From: Chrysomallon squamiferum
Lineage: Eukaryota > Animalia > Mollusca
Direction of reading: 5' to 3'
Length of the DNA: 64,000 nt
Assembly (NCBI GenBank): GCA_012295275.1
Contig: CM022672.1
Span: 31,806,001 to 31,870,000 of the forward strand
Below the pieces are notes generated by a model, which worked only from the letters and a program-made list of their open reading frames with translations, was not told where the DNA came from and did no database searches. How positions within the stretch are numbered: the stretch's first letter is position 1; each line of letters begins with the position of its first letter. Both the position numbers and the translations under genes were made by a program. Below, in pieces: positions 1-13,484 of the stretch.

Positions 1-1337
1 GAATGTAATGAACAAAGACACTGTGTGGATTTTATGAGAGACAATCCTAACTTATTACAAATGATGACAATACTAAAAGTTATCATTAAGCAATGAATAA
101 GAAGAGAAATATTCCAAAAAAAAAAAAAAGTAGATAAATTACAAGTTGCAGACTATCACGTAAAAAAATTACAAACAAAAAACCCAGGAATTGAAAGAGA
201 AACAGTATTTATTCAAGTAATAAAAAATAGGAATCAATTAAATATCAAAATAAAAATATTCATGTCTACTGAAGCAAAGTTCTGGCAAGATGTCACCTTT
301 TTCACAGAATAGAAAACCTCTTGCAAGTTATAGACAGAGCTTAGAGGCACCTTTCCTTCTAGAGGTCTCATGTTCTTGTTCTGAAAAAAATATATAATAC
401 AAAATAATAATATTCTTCCCAAATGAGATGCTTGAAAATAAGTAAAATTCACTTCACATAGAACTACGAGGACAAGCTTGACAAAAATGAAATGTTTGTC
501 ACATTGCTATGTCTTATGCCACACATGAAATGAACAAAGAAAATGTTACACAAAGCACATTGAGTTATATCACAGTCACACTGAGATATATCAGCTACAC
601 ATGTATGTACATGACAGCACAATCACATCAGTTTATTACTTACTAAATATTAGTCAAACAATTTCAAATGTTTAAATTACAGGAAAACATTGCCACAGCT
701 CAATTTTCCTCTGGAAGTCAAAACAGTCATTGTTACTCAAATATAAAGCCTGAATAGACAAATTACAAGTTACAGTCAGCAGAAAGTGAATATAAATTAT
801 AACTGTGGATAATGCTAGAGATCAGAAATAGAATACTGTGCTTTTTTAAACCTCAACAGTTTGAAATAAGAACACTGAGAAATCTTATATTATTCACTCA
901 GCTGATCTGTTAGAGGACAGAGATTTGGAAGACTACATAGAATTATGGTAAGACAGAATGAATACATACAAGTCAGCAGTCTTCCACTGGTAGGTTTGTA
1001 GGAGTCTGGTTGTCTACTGATGGGGATGGTGAGTCTGGTCATTCTCTGCTGGAGGTGAGGAGCCTTATCATCCACTGGTAGGGTGCCTGATCATCTGGAA
1101 TTCAGATTGCATAACAAATTTAGTTTTCTGTGATGTCTGCATGTTTTATTTTTGCTGTTAATTTCTCAACTGCTTTGAGGTTGTTTTAAAAGACCTAGCA
1201 GTTTGTTATTTAAAGAGAGAAGGAAAATCCCAACAGGAAAACAAAATGGTTCAGTCAGGCAGGCAACTCATGTTTTGAATGACATTGCCTTTATGGACCA
1301 GTATAGTAAGCCATTGTCTGTTCTTATTTTGATAGGG

Positions 1338-2810
1338 TGTAATGTGTAATTAACCTGTGTCAAAAACATTTAATATAGCTATTATATTCCTATTATATCT
1401 TTGCTCGCTGTATGATCCCATTTATTATCATTGGAAAAAGTTATTTAAATTGTATTTGATCGACTGTATAATGTATTATTTATAATGTGTACCTTAACTT
1501 GTCCTCTCTGTATTTCTCTAGTGGATAGATAGAATTATTGCTTGATATTGATTGCTGTCAATTTAGTTTTTAAATTCCTTGTTAGGTGGCCATTAAAGCA
1601 CCTTGTTACCCTAGACTGAGCCTTAATAAAATATCCAAGATGTTTTATGGTGTGAGCTCTGTGACAGGATTGTAAAAGTTGGGCCTCTCATCCAGGATTT
1701 TAAAAATAATTAATGTGGGAGTTCGTTTTCTCAAATTCTTATGGAATTATTTCTTTGGATGTATCGAATATTTTCCCAATTTAATGACAGCTAATTTATG
1801 TTTATATCTACTAGAGAAAATATAACAAAACAAAATAATAAGAATAAAAAAAATTATAAAATTATAAAATCAGAACAGAAATTATTACGGATCAAGATAT
1901 AGTGCACAATCTTGGTGTAACTTCTACTAAAAGAGCCAAGAGGGCTGAGCTAATAGAATTAGCAAATATTCATAGTATTTCAAGTCCCAGTCAAGAGAGA
2001 GCAAATCAGAGAAGTAGTAACAGAGGCTTTTTTTGGAGGTTCTTTAGATAATGAGAGTGGGGGAAGTAATGACATAGGTGTAACTCAGAGTATGGCAGAA
2101 TCACTACTATTAAAGGATATAAACCTTCAAACAAAAATTAAAGCTTAAGAAAGTAGAACATGAAAATGATAGAGAGAAAAGAGACTATGAAAGAAAAGAA
2201 AATGGAGAGAGCAGACAGAGTGTATCAAAGGAAAGAAAATGAAAGAGAGAGAGAAGACAGGGTATGAGACAAGAAAAGGAGAGATAAAGAGAGGGACAAT
2301 GAAAGAGAATTTCAGATAATTAAACAGAAAATGGAACATGAACTTAAAATGAGAGGACAGTTTAGAGAGAATTCAAGTGAGAATGGATTGAATGGTTTTA
2401 GAATCAATAATTGTTACAGTTCAGTTACTGATTTGGATGAAAATGATGTTGAAATTTTCTTTCTCAAAAGAGTGTGGTTGGTATCTAAATGGTCAAAACA
2501 GTTTGGGCACTTATTAGTTCAGAGTAAATTGACAGGAAAGGCTGTTCTAGTATATAATTCACTGGATAATGTTCAGGTTAGAAATTATGAAGTGTTAAAA
2601 TCAGCTGTGTGATGCATATTGTCAGTCTTTTTGGAGGTTGAAAAGTTAGTTTCAGAAACGCACTGTGAGTTTCTGTTCAGAAAACAGAATGCTTATGATA
2701 AATGCACTACATCAAACAATACTGGGGATGATTATTCCAGATTTTGTGAATTTATCATTTTGGAAGAAATAATTTTAAAAAAAAAAAAAAATTGTTACAT
2801 TTGGGAGATG
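1338..2810 (+). mobile_element. Truncated Ty3/Gypsy (Gmr1-like) LTR retrotransposon: 5' LTR remnant, tRNA-Pro-like PBS, decayed gag
   Basis: AATAAA at ~1625. TGGGCCTCTCATCCAGGAT at ~1680-1698 resembles the tRNA-Pro PBS TGGGGGCTCGTCCGGGAT. Gag fragments MEHELKMR...DENDVEIFF...LLVQSKLTGKAVLVYNSL...NYEVLKSAV and ETHCEF...DDYSRFCEFIILEE match SCAN-type Gypsy gag. LTR start is approximate. Confidence 0.78.
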
Positions 2811-3005
2811 AGGGTTTAGAACATGTACGCTGCTGATACCTACTTTCTCATCCACCAGTCACCAAGTTGTTTTTAATTTTTCTATAGTCCAACTTACATT
2901 TCTAACTGTTTTTCTTTTTCTTTTTTGAATTTTTCATTGCTCCACCTTCATGATTAACACTCTGCAACACAACAAGAAGCACATTTGTACAGAAGAAGGA
3001 GTTAA

Positions 3006-3051
<46 letters not shown>

Positions 3052-3575
3052 TAAAATAAAAATAAAAAAAAAATAAAATAAAATAAAATAAAATGAAAAA
3101 TAATATCCCTAACAATGAATCACATTTATTTCAGTCAGTTTTAATGGAGCTGAAACTTTTCATTATCTGTAATCAAAGCTGCTGTGTGCAAATATAATGT
3201 TACAATGGACAACACAGTTTTGTTTCAGTATCTTTAAAGTCAAATAATGAAGATTTCAATCTGTATTTATTATATGCACATAAAAAAATAACACTTACCT
3301 TGCATAAGTTTAGTATTTATTCCCAAATCTAATTCCATCAAACTGAAAAGAAATTATGATTTCACATGAAATGCTTTTTACTAGGAAATGAGAAACTGTA
3401 AGAATCACAAAACACAATTGTTAAAGTGCTACACACAGTAAAATGCTACTGACAAAGATGAATGTAAATGTTTTTCATAAGATATCTGTGTCAGTCTAAA
3501 CTTATGTATACAGTGAGATGATGAGAAACAAATGGATGGATGAAAAAAGAATAAAATGAGATAGAAAAAAACAAA

Positions 3576-3616
<41 letters not shown>

Positions 3617-4746
3617 GAGAATGAACTAATAAAATGTGATGTTACTCTGACAAGAAATGTTTTCTTTTGAATTACTAGAAACATAATAAATCTTTTAACA
3701 TTACTCCATGGTATTAGTGGCTTAAGTTTTGTTATTTGACTGAAATATTAAATGTTATTAAAGCTTGTTGTAAACTATTGTTAGGATGAATTTTTGCAAC
3801 AGAAAACCTAAAACAATGACTAAATAAATGATCATTACAAGCATTAACTTTTAAATTAAAATAAATAAATAAAAGTGCCACTTAAGCCTGTACTTTTCAC
3901 AAAGTGTATATGAATCATAACATAATCACATATTTGTCTAATTATATTTATTCTAACATTAGATGGAAACAATCTTTAGAATAAAAACAAAAATTACACA
4001 ATAATAACAAGATTAATATACTTCTAAACTATAAATTATTACTGTTATAATTTATTATTAATTTTCATTTGCAGGCAGAAAATAAAAAATAAAAATAAAT
4101 AAAAAGTAAATAAAGGAAAACAAAACACAACATAAACTTTATCTTGTAAGAATGTAAAATATATATAAAAACTGGGTTCACTTTTAACTATAAATGAATT
4201 CTTTAGCTGAACTTTATCAGTTTTGTATTGTAAATATGAACTCTATCATTTTGCATGTCTTTATAAAACATTTATTTATTTACTGCTATCATAATTACAT
4301 AAAAGGCAACACTACAGCACAAGTCGAGTGACATCATAGAACTTAACTATCTGATATGTGAAACATTTACCATGTTTTGATTATTAACTCTGGTTTAACT
4401 GTAAGAAAGATAAATAAACATAAAGAAAGGGAAACAACTCAAAATTTATAACAATAAATGAATCAAGGTAACAAGGATTTTCTCTTAATAATTATATTAC
4501 CCTTTCTCAAGCTACGCATCTTTCATTACTGGTTTCTGTCAACAGACAAATGTTTATCTCAGTAAAAGAACTGACAGCAGAAATGTGTGTGAAAAACATA
4601 CCTTTCAAATTATATATGACTTGTAAAAGTAATAAAGAGTTTGTAGTAGCTTTTGACTGAATGTAATAACATGTGTGTGTGAATGATTGGGAAAAAATAT
4701 CGTTACATCTTACTTCAAATTTTGTCTTATTCACTTTCCCCGTAAG

Positions 4747-4888
4747 GAGAAATTATTACTATGATCATCAGAGCTATCATCTTGTGATGTAACTACATCA
4801 CAAACACTGTCCTTGTATAATGAGAAATTATTACTATGATCATCAGAGCTATCATCTTGTGATGTAACTACATCACAAACACTGTCCT
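4747..4888. repeat. 75-bp near-perfect tandem duplication inside an acidic exon
   Basis: GAGAAATTATTACTATGATCATCAGAGC... occurs at 4747 and 4822; each copy encodes DSVCDVVTSQDDSSDDHSNNFSL on the minus strand. Confidence 0.9.
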
Positions 4889-5388
4889 CATATGCTTGGT
4901 CCTCCTCACGAGGCTCATCTTCATCTGACATATCAGTCTGAAATGTTTTGTTACAGTATTGTTAAAAAAACAACACAAAAACAAAACAGGATCTGACAAA
5001 ACATATCTTCCATCACAGCAAAGTATATGAACACTGATCTTACATAAAAGAAACAAATACAATAATAACAATAATAATAATAATAAATAAATAAAATGTT
5101 AAATATAAATACCTGAAGTGTGTCATACAATCCAACAGTCCAGCTCTTGAAAAGGCATTTCAAGAAATGATTGATATTTTCCACTTTTCATGGACTGCAA
5201 AAAATAAAATGAAAAAACATAAGAATTGCTACAACTTATTATAATATTAAAAAAAAAAAAAAAAAAAATTAGTGAGAACATATACACACAAAGTTTAATT
5301 AATTACTGACACATGTAAGTACATAAATAGAAAGAGCATTAACTATACAAATTAATGTGTCAAACAATTTCAAGATTCTAACCTAAAA

Positions 5389-5421
<33 letters not shown>

Positions 5422-6430
5422 TAATAATAACACACATATCCCTTGTAAAAACTTGCCTTATGAGATACTTCATCTACAACAGGTTTCATGTGCAGTAGAT
5501 GTCTATCACTTTCAACATACCTGAAAAGAGGACAGATTTGGATACTGCAATATCAATGTCAAACTAATGTTATGTAACAATTATTTCTTTTGTAATCCAT
5601 TCAGTTAGTAAATAATAATCTACTCTTTACTGTGGACTATACCACACCTATTGATTTATATCAAAGCATTTAGTTCTATAAAATAAATATGAATGTTGCC
5701 AATGACGACTTACAGTAATACCCTAGTAAAAACCCTCCTGCACTTAAACTGTCTGCAAAACGAAGGTTAATGTTTCCAACAACTGTTTATAGTAACACCT
5801 TAGAAAAACATCCTACTGCCCTTAAATTGTGTTTTGTAATGCAAATGTCTGTGCATTTTGTAAATCCATTCTTATTATGGTTTAGACTACAATGAATGAA
5901 TAATATTTTTGTTGTCTTTTTCTTAATTGAAATCTAACCGGGCTGATCCGCGTTGATCCAAATCTTTAAGTCTCAGGCTGTCTCCGAAGAAAGATGAAAT
6001 GTCTTGAAATTCTTTTAAGCTGTTTTTTTTTTTTTTTTTTTTTTAAAGTTCTGTGAGCCATAATCTTTTACAGATCCTCTGTATTTCCGTACCACAATTA
6101 AAGTTTTCAAAAGGCGTTGAATACCCGGATATAATGCTTATTGTGCATGAGGGTTATTTCCCCTTGTCGTTTATTTACATTGATTTCGTCCCTGGAGCAA
6201 GAGCATCTGAGCCAAAGATAGTGTTTCTGAAATATTATCCATGGTAAACAAATAACGATATATGCGATTATTTTAAAGAATTTATGGACGAAAAAAAATC
6301 TTCTTAGTTTATTTCAAATCCTTTCTTTTCAGAAGAAAATAAAATCTAGGTTTCACTATTCTAATGGTTATTTCGTAGAATAAAACGTAAAGGGTAATCC
6401 TAGAGGAAACTAGGTAAACTATAGAATGAC

Positions 6431-6468
<38 letters not shown>

Positions 6469-6510
6469 ATGACAACACACAGAAACATGATGAAAATATG
6501 ATGAAAATGC

Positions 6511-6542
<32 letters not shown>

Positions 6543-6837
6543 ACAGTTAACAGTCTGTTTTGAATTTCTCACAGGTTTTTTTTTATTATATCTAAGGAAC
6601 TCAACAAAATGTAACCATTTGAATGAAAAGTTTAATTCATAAGATAGCATCATAAATATAAATTTCCTATTAGTTAATAGCAATGAAATGAATGAATGAA
6701 TAAATGAATGAAGAATCTAGTATCATAAGTATCAAGGGTGATAATTCCTATATATATTTATTATGAAGTGTATAAGTTAGCTGTTGTGAAAATATATATT
6801 CAATAAATTAGTTTTCTGTTTTCAAGAGAGCTGGATT

Positions 6838-6950
6838 TGGTAGTCTTTGCACTGGTATAATAATGACTATGGTATGTACTCTCCTGTCTGTGGGATGGTA
6901 CATATCAATGATCTTTAGCTGCTAACTGGATAGCCCATGAAGTGATGAGT
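6838..6950 (+). mobile_element. SINE fragment with MetaSINE-like central domain
   Basis: TGGTATGTACTCTCCTGTCTGTGGGATGGTACATATCAATGATCTTTAGCTGCTAA closely resembles the Meta-domain consensus as recalled (GGTATGTGCTATCCTGTCTGTGGGATGGTGCATATAAAAGATCCCTTGCTGCTAA) of gastropod SINEs. Confidence 0.6.
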
Positions 6951-7386
6951 TTTTCTTATTTAGATTTTTTTATGTATATACATGTGTTTGTGTATGTTCT
7001 TATCTGCATGCATGTGTCCATTTTTGTTTGTATACAACTTCAATCATATAACCAAGCTGCAATAACTTATATAGGTTAGGACACTAGGTTGAAAAATAAA
7101 AGACAGCTGGTTCAAGCCTCATCATTTGTAGCTCAATGATTTGAGTTACTGTTCAGTGATTAAGTCTTTGTGCATAGTCCAACCTTGTGAAGAAAACCTA
7201 ATATTTTACATTCAATAAAAAATTAACTGATTTTTTCTGATCTTGTCATGAAACAATTTAATTCTGCATATCTCTAAAGTGTATATGTAACATTAACAGA
7301 GTAGTAAGAGTAAGAAATATTTCAAATCTCAAAATGGATTTTAAAAACCTTTTGTTTGTTTGTTGCTTTTTTGTCATTGTTTTATA

Positions 7387-7449
<63 letters not shown>

Positions 7450-7699
7450 AAGTTTATTAAAAATATTTTTCTACAAAATAAACAAACAAAGCAAAAACAG
7501 TTGAAGTAAAATATTTGTATTGGCTAAGGTTAAGTTTATGTGAAAACAATTATTTCTTCTAATATTGTCTTTATGTATCAAACATTCTTAAAACATCTTA
7601 AAGAAAAATAAGAAAACAACCATTTTTTTCTATTTTGTACATCCAACACTCATGCCATAATCTATATTTAATACATAATAAATATTCTTAGCTTTGCCA

Positions 7700-7990
7700 A
7701 AAACTTCAGGATTTACTGCTTTCATTGGTATCTGAAATGTCACATTATTTTCAAAGATTCAAATCTGATTTATTTAAGTGTTCTCTATAATTCCTTTCTT
7801 TTTTCCACTTTTGTTGATAGTATTGAGATCTTCACTCTGATCAATGGCTAACTGTCGCTTGAGATCCAGCAACACACCCACTGCCTTGTTTATAACAGTT
7901 TACTCTGATTTATATGTTATTAGCACACAAACCAACACCTTTCAAATTTGAGTCCAGGTTTGAAAATAGAGATAAACTTGTTGTGTGTCA
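7700..7990 (-). mobile_element. Possible ancient LINE RT fragment
   Basis: Frameshifted pieces NKAVGVLLDLK / ILSTKVEK / KGIIENT resemble the 'AVFLDLxKA...LLxKL..xGI' RT region. Highly decayed. Confidence 0.3.
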
Positions 7991-7999
7991 CATTACACT

Positions 8000-8811
8000 A
8001 GCTGTGTAAGTTGTGTTTGAATCATTTCACTGGTTGCTGACATGTAATTCTGTAGACAACAGCTGTGTAAGTTGTATTTAAATCATTTCACTGGTTGCTG
8101 ACATGTAATTCTGTAGACAACAGCTGTGTAAGTTGTATTTAAATCATTTCACTGGTTGCTGACATGTAATTCTGTAGACAACAGCTGTGTAAGTTGTATT
8201 TAAATCATTTCACTGGTTGCTGACATGTAATTCTGTAGACAACAGCTGTGTAAGTTGTATTTAAATCATTTCACTGGTTGCTGACATGTAATTCTGTAGA
8301 CAACAGCTGTGTAAGTTGTATTTAAATCATTTCACTGGTTGCTGACATGTAATTCTGTAGACAACAGCTGTGTAAGTTGTATTTAAATCATTTCACTGGT
8401 TGCTGACATGTAATTCTGTAGACAACAGCTGTGTAAGTTGTATTTAAATCATTTCACTGGTTGCTGACATGTAATTATGTAGACAACAGCTGTGTAAGTT
8501 GTATTTAAATCATTTCACTGGTTGCTGACATGTAATTATGTAGACAACAGCTGTGTAAGTTGTATTTAAATCATTTCACTGGTTGCTGACATCTGTAGAC
8601 AACAGCTGTGTAAGTTGTATTTAAATCATTTCGCTGGTTGCTGACATGTAATTCTGTAGACAACAGCTGTGTAAGTTGTATTTAAATCATTTCTCTGGTT
8701 GCTGACATGTAATTCTGTAGACAACAGCTGTGTAAGTTGTATTTAAATCATTTCACTGGTTGCTGACATGTAATTATGTAGACAAGAGCTGTGTAAGTTG
8801 TTTTTAAATCA
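8000..8811. repeat. Minisatellite, 61-bp unit, ~13 copies
   Basis: AGCTGTGTAAGTTGTATTTAAATCATTTCACTGGTTGCTGACATGTAATTCTGTAGACAAC repeated head-to-tail with few variants; one unit has a short deletion. Confidence 0.95.
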
Positions 8812-11800
8812 TACTAAGACAAGTGAGACAATTTTTTTTTTTAAAAGGTCTGTTTGGAAGGTGGGTAGAAACCTGTATAAAGTGATTCCTCACAGCAAAC
8901 TCCAGCCTACGTTTGATGAACTATTCAAAGCTCTGTAGATCTGTACCAAACCAAACCACAATGTCCTGAGACTTTGAAATAACCACATATCTAATAAGAT
9001 AAAGTCTAAAAGACACATCAGAATTCAGGTTTGCTTCTACCATGTAACTGAGTACTTGATGCAAATACAGAAGAAAAGTCTGTCTGTTCTCTGATAGAAT
9101 TATACATGAGTGAAACACGTGCTTGTCACGTGTCCTTGAGCTGACGTCGGACTGTCCTGTCAACAAGTTCACTAACATTCTGTGCTGTCCATTATGTTGT
9201 TTACAGATTCCACATTATTATTTTTCCATCAGAGAGGCTTTGTGAGTCTTCCCTTTTGTGGCCTGCATCAACTTGATACTGAAGTATTTTGTCAGTCCTA
9301 GCAGTGAACATCATAATCATGTACCTGTTTGTCAAAGATGAAGGAGTCATTTGCATTTAGCAGCATTTCCCAAACATGTTGTCTCATTCTTTAGGTGTCA
9401 CCTGATGTTTTCTTCTAAGTGTCTTGTGCTTTAGAGTTATCTTCAGTTGGAAAGCTTGAGATGAATAATTTAATTAGAGCCTTTTCTTCATCTGATCTGT
9501 TTTGTTTTGTTTTTATTTTAAAATATTTTTACATTAATTAGAAAATATATTATTAAAATAAAAACTGAGTGAGGCTGTGTTCATTATAATTAGTAAATAC
9601 TGTATTATAGTTATTTATAAGATATATGATATATTTATTTCTGTACTGTCTCAATTTTATTAACATGAATTTCTGTTGTATACTCAGTCTTTTAAAGACT
9701 GATCAGTGTTTCTTTGATGTTCAGATTATTCAGTTAAAGACTGCAATGTGATGTCTGTACAGGAATGTATCTCTCACTGAAGTATTACTTATATGTTTGT
9801 GTAAAACAACAGGATGATATTGACCTTTTAATATTTCATTATTTCACAATTTTTTTAGAATATTTATAATTATTTAAGATAATTTGAAATTTTAAACAAA
9901 CCTTTTTTTCATATAATTTTAATTTGTTTTCAAAAATGGTTTCATTTCTTATTTATTCTTTCTTGTTGTAGTTGTTTTTCTTATTATTATTTTATAATAA
10001 ATTTTTAAAAATTTAAAATTACACTTTCTTTTTATTATTTTATTCTATACAGTAAATAAAAATTACTTCTATTATATTATGATTAATATTAGAGTTATGC
10101 ATATACCTATTGTTATTATTATTAGTAGTAGTAGTAGTAGTAGTAGTAGTAGCAGTTGTAGTAGTAATAGCAGCATAGACTATTATGATTATTATTTGTA
10201 TGAACACTTTGAGGAGATCAGTAAAGAAAGACTTAAAAGAATAGTTAAAGTATTCATTATTCTGTTCATGTCCTGAACTGCAGATAACTATTGCTTTTCT
10301 TTAAGAAATATTTGTTTAAAACTTAATATTGACTTAAAGTTTTATTCTAGAGCTCCAGGAAAAGAGATCTGAAATAAAAATGAATAGTAATCACTAATCA
10401 CAGATGTTAAAAATTATTAAACTTTGTATTTCTCATTTGATTTAATGATGAGAGGTCATTTTTTTAATATTTTCATTTAAAGTTTTTATTAACAGTTCTT
10501 GAATGCTAAAGTCTTGCTTAGATTTGTTTATTTACAAAAGAGTAAATGTAAGCAGTGTTATCAGTAATTTTGTATCACTAGTCTGAATATATAATACCAG
10601 GATTTTAAAATCAGTTAAAGTGTATTCACTGAATTTTCTAGACACAAGAATGACACAGTTTATTAGTAAATGTGGCTTTGTAATATTAACCTAAATACTG
10701 TATTAAATTTAATGCCACAAAAGGAAGATCAGTTTGATTCATTGTTTACAAATAAAATGTTTGTGTTAAATTACATCAAAGCGTAAGATAACTTGTAACA
10801 CAAGACATAAACACAGTACTCTCCTAACAAAGCTTTAACAAAAAACTTTCTATTTTGTCTCATGTTGTATAAAAAGAACTAAAAGCAGATTGCAAATGGA
10901 TAGTATGTTGCTTTTTTTCTTGCTGAAAGCATTGATGCAACCATCAGTTCAGGTTTTCTTAACTTGCTAGTATTTATTCATTTTCTCTCTGCCAAAATAT
11001 TGGTTTTGTGCAATGTCTGGTGATAGACATTATGTTATAGAATGTCAGCTAGTTTTCCTGTATTAAATGACTTATCTTTTTGTTTGCACAATGGATCTGA
11101 TGAAATCTCTTCTATTCATTTCACTTTAAAATGCATTGTCATCTTTTAGATCACTCTGACCATTATGAATGCAATACACAACACAAAATGTGCTCACATG
11201 TATTTATGCAGATTCTACTTTTCACACTAAATGTAAATGAGTGAGTTTACTGAAGTATCACAACACAATGAAAATAGTCTCATTCATCTAGCTGCAGATA
11301 TTATTACAAGACATGGGGTCATTGTTTATTAATCCTTCAAAGAAGTGTGATCATTTCTTCTTACACTGAGGTCTAATTACATGCAAATTGCTGCCATTGT
11401 TTAACAAGTGAAACTACTTCTAAAATTGAGTTCCAGCAGAGACATAGTTTATTTGTATACATTTTTTGCTGGGAATTTTCACTCGAAATCAGAAGTAGAC
11501 AGCACATAGACTAGTAATGTTTTGATCATAATAGATTAATGTTAGTAGGTCAGGACTTTGAAATTAGTCAGATATATATATATATATATATATAAATTAA
11601 TTATCAGGATTAATATTCAGGATTAATATTCAGGATTAGGAAAATATTAAAACTTTATTCCATGGATTTCTTACACCTGTAAAAATGGATGCCTCACACT
11701 GAATAGTGTTTGAGAAACAAACTGTAGAGTGAGACCTCCCAGTAATAAACAAAGTAAACAATATTTCTAAAATGAGACTTAGTGATTAATTTACTGACTT

Positions 11801-12265
11801 AGAAATCATTTTAATTGTGAAGTAAAGATTCAACTAAGTATACAACAAAATGTGTCTCTCCAAACCTTGGCAAAGATCAGAGACTTTTGTCTTTAGTCAC
11901 CTGATATTTCAGTGTGTTCAAGTTTCTCAAACAAAATGTCAACATGCTCCTGAGCTGACATTTTTACTTTTATTATGATACACTTTGTGAAGAAAAACTC
12001 CTCACAGACTGAGTAGATTGTTACATCTGTCAGTGATTCTCCACTGGGCTTACACAAGAGATCTCTGGGTAATAAACAGTGAAAGAGAGGCTAATGTATT
12101 TTTGATAGATTTTTGTATCATTTGCTGTGTGACTGGGTGAATGATCCACACTGTGTCATCCTTATCATTTGTTCAAATACATTTCACCTTGATTCATCTC
12201 AAATCGTTTCCACATTCTCAATAAATGACATGATACTGGAACACTTATCTGCTTTCATTCTTTTT

Positions 12266-12520
12266 ATATGTGTTATATATGTATGTGATGTTAGTTATGT
12301 ATATTTATAATTTTTGTGTTGTTCACAGATATTTATTTTTTTATTATTTTTTTTTTTTTTTTTTTTTTTTGTGTTTGTGTATGAAATCATATGTGTTATA
12401 TATGTATGTGATGTTAGTTATGTATATTTATAATGTTTGTGTTGTTCACAGATAATTTTTTTTTTTATTATTCTCTTTTATTTATTTATTTATTTTTGTT
12501 GTGTTTGTTTGTGTATGAAA
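12266..12520. repeat. ~123-bp tandem duplication
   Basis: ATATGTGTTATATATGTATGTGATGTTAGTTATGTATATTTATAAT... at 12266 and 12389. Confidence 0.85.
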
Positions 12521-12990
12521 TCCTTTGAGTCAATACTGACCAGAGTTTTTTGCAAGAGAGGGAGTCATTCTTCCTTAAACCAGTTATCCCCAGCAAAAAA
12601 ATAAAATAAAATAAAAAATAAAAATAATTATATATATATATACATATTATGTTAAACAACATGACTATGATTAAAAATATAAAACAAAGACATAAATATT
12701 GGTATATTATAATTTTCATAAAGTGATTCTCTGAGACATAAAAATGATTTCAAAGGTTCCACAATGGTAAAAAGGTTGAGAAGAGCTAGACTGGACAAAT
12801 GGGTGAAAAAAGAAAGCATCTATTCAGTTATTAAGTCACATTTGAGGAGTATTTAGTTTTGTGAATATCATTTCACTTCCCTCATAAGCTTCACAGTTAG
12901 TTATACCTGTTATATCTAATTATCTAAATTTGGGTTAAAGTATCTGTCAGATGTATGCATTTTCTATGTATGTGTATGTGTGTGTGTTTG

Positions 12991-13034
<44 letters not shown>

Positions 13035-13386
13035 ATCATTTTGATATGATAATTATAACAGTAAAAATTCAGATTAATAAAGGAAAAAAAAACAAAATAA
13101 TAACATAACTCAATAATATTTACTACATTAATATCAACTGTGTTTCTATCTACAATAATTAAAAGTTTCTGAAAAAAACAAAAAAAAAACCCAAACAACA
13201 TTCCCCAATAGATTGGTTGGATAGGCCATAGGATCTTCACTAAGTCTGTGAGGATCATTTTTATTTACACCAGTGTATGTTTTTATACGTATTAATATTC
13301 CTATGCACTATTGTTTAAATTTCAGAACATTCAGAGAGATAATCTCTGAAAATTAAAATTTAGTTATCTTTATTTTATCATTTATA

Positions 13387-13443
<57 letters not shown>

Positions 13444-13484
13444 AATTATTATTATTATTATTTGGTAACTTTTAATAATTTTTT

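Larger units (their letters stand above)
295..6242 (-). pseudogene. Decayed multi-exon gene of unknown family, interrupted by a Gypsy insertion
   Basis: Splice-bounded segments: 5939-~6242, 5457-5520 (GC donor GCAAGT), 5113-5194, 4501-4937, 4371-4398, 3299-3352, 2898-2961, ~297-380. The first three splice in phase (LKEFQDISSFFGDSLRLKDLDQRGSAR|YVESDRHLLHMKPVVDEVSHK|SMKSGKYQSFLEMPFQELDCWIV*). Stops and frameshifts occur elsewhere. Confidence 0.5.

Noticed and set aside
8000-8811. CRISPR-like regular array
   Set aside because: Units are head-to-tail identical with no unique spacers, there are no cas genes, and the context is eukaryotic. It is a minisatellite.
8921-9450. Possible Crypton/tyrosine-recombinase or LINE coding remnant
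   Set aside because: Only vague similarity; no diagnostic motif could be recovered.
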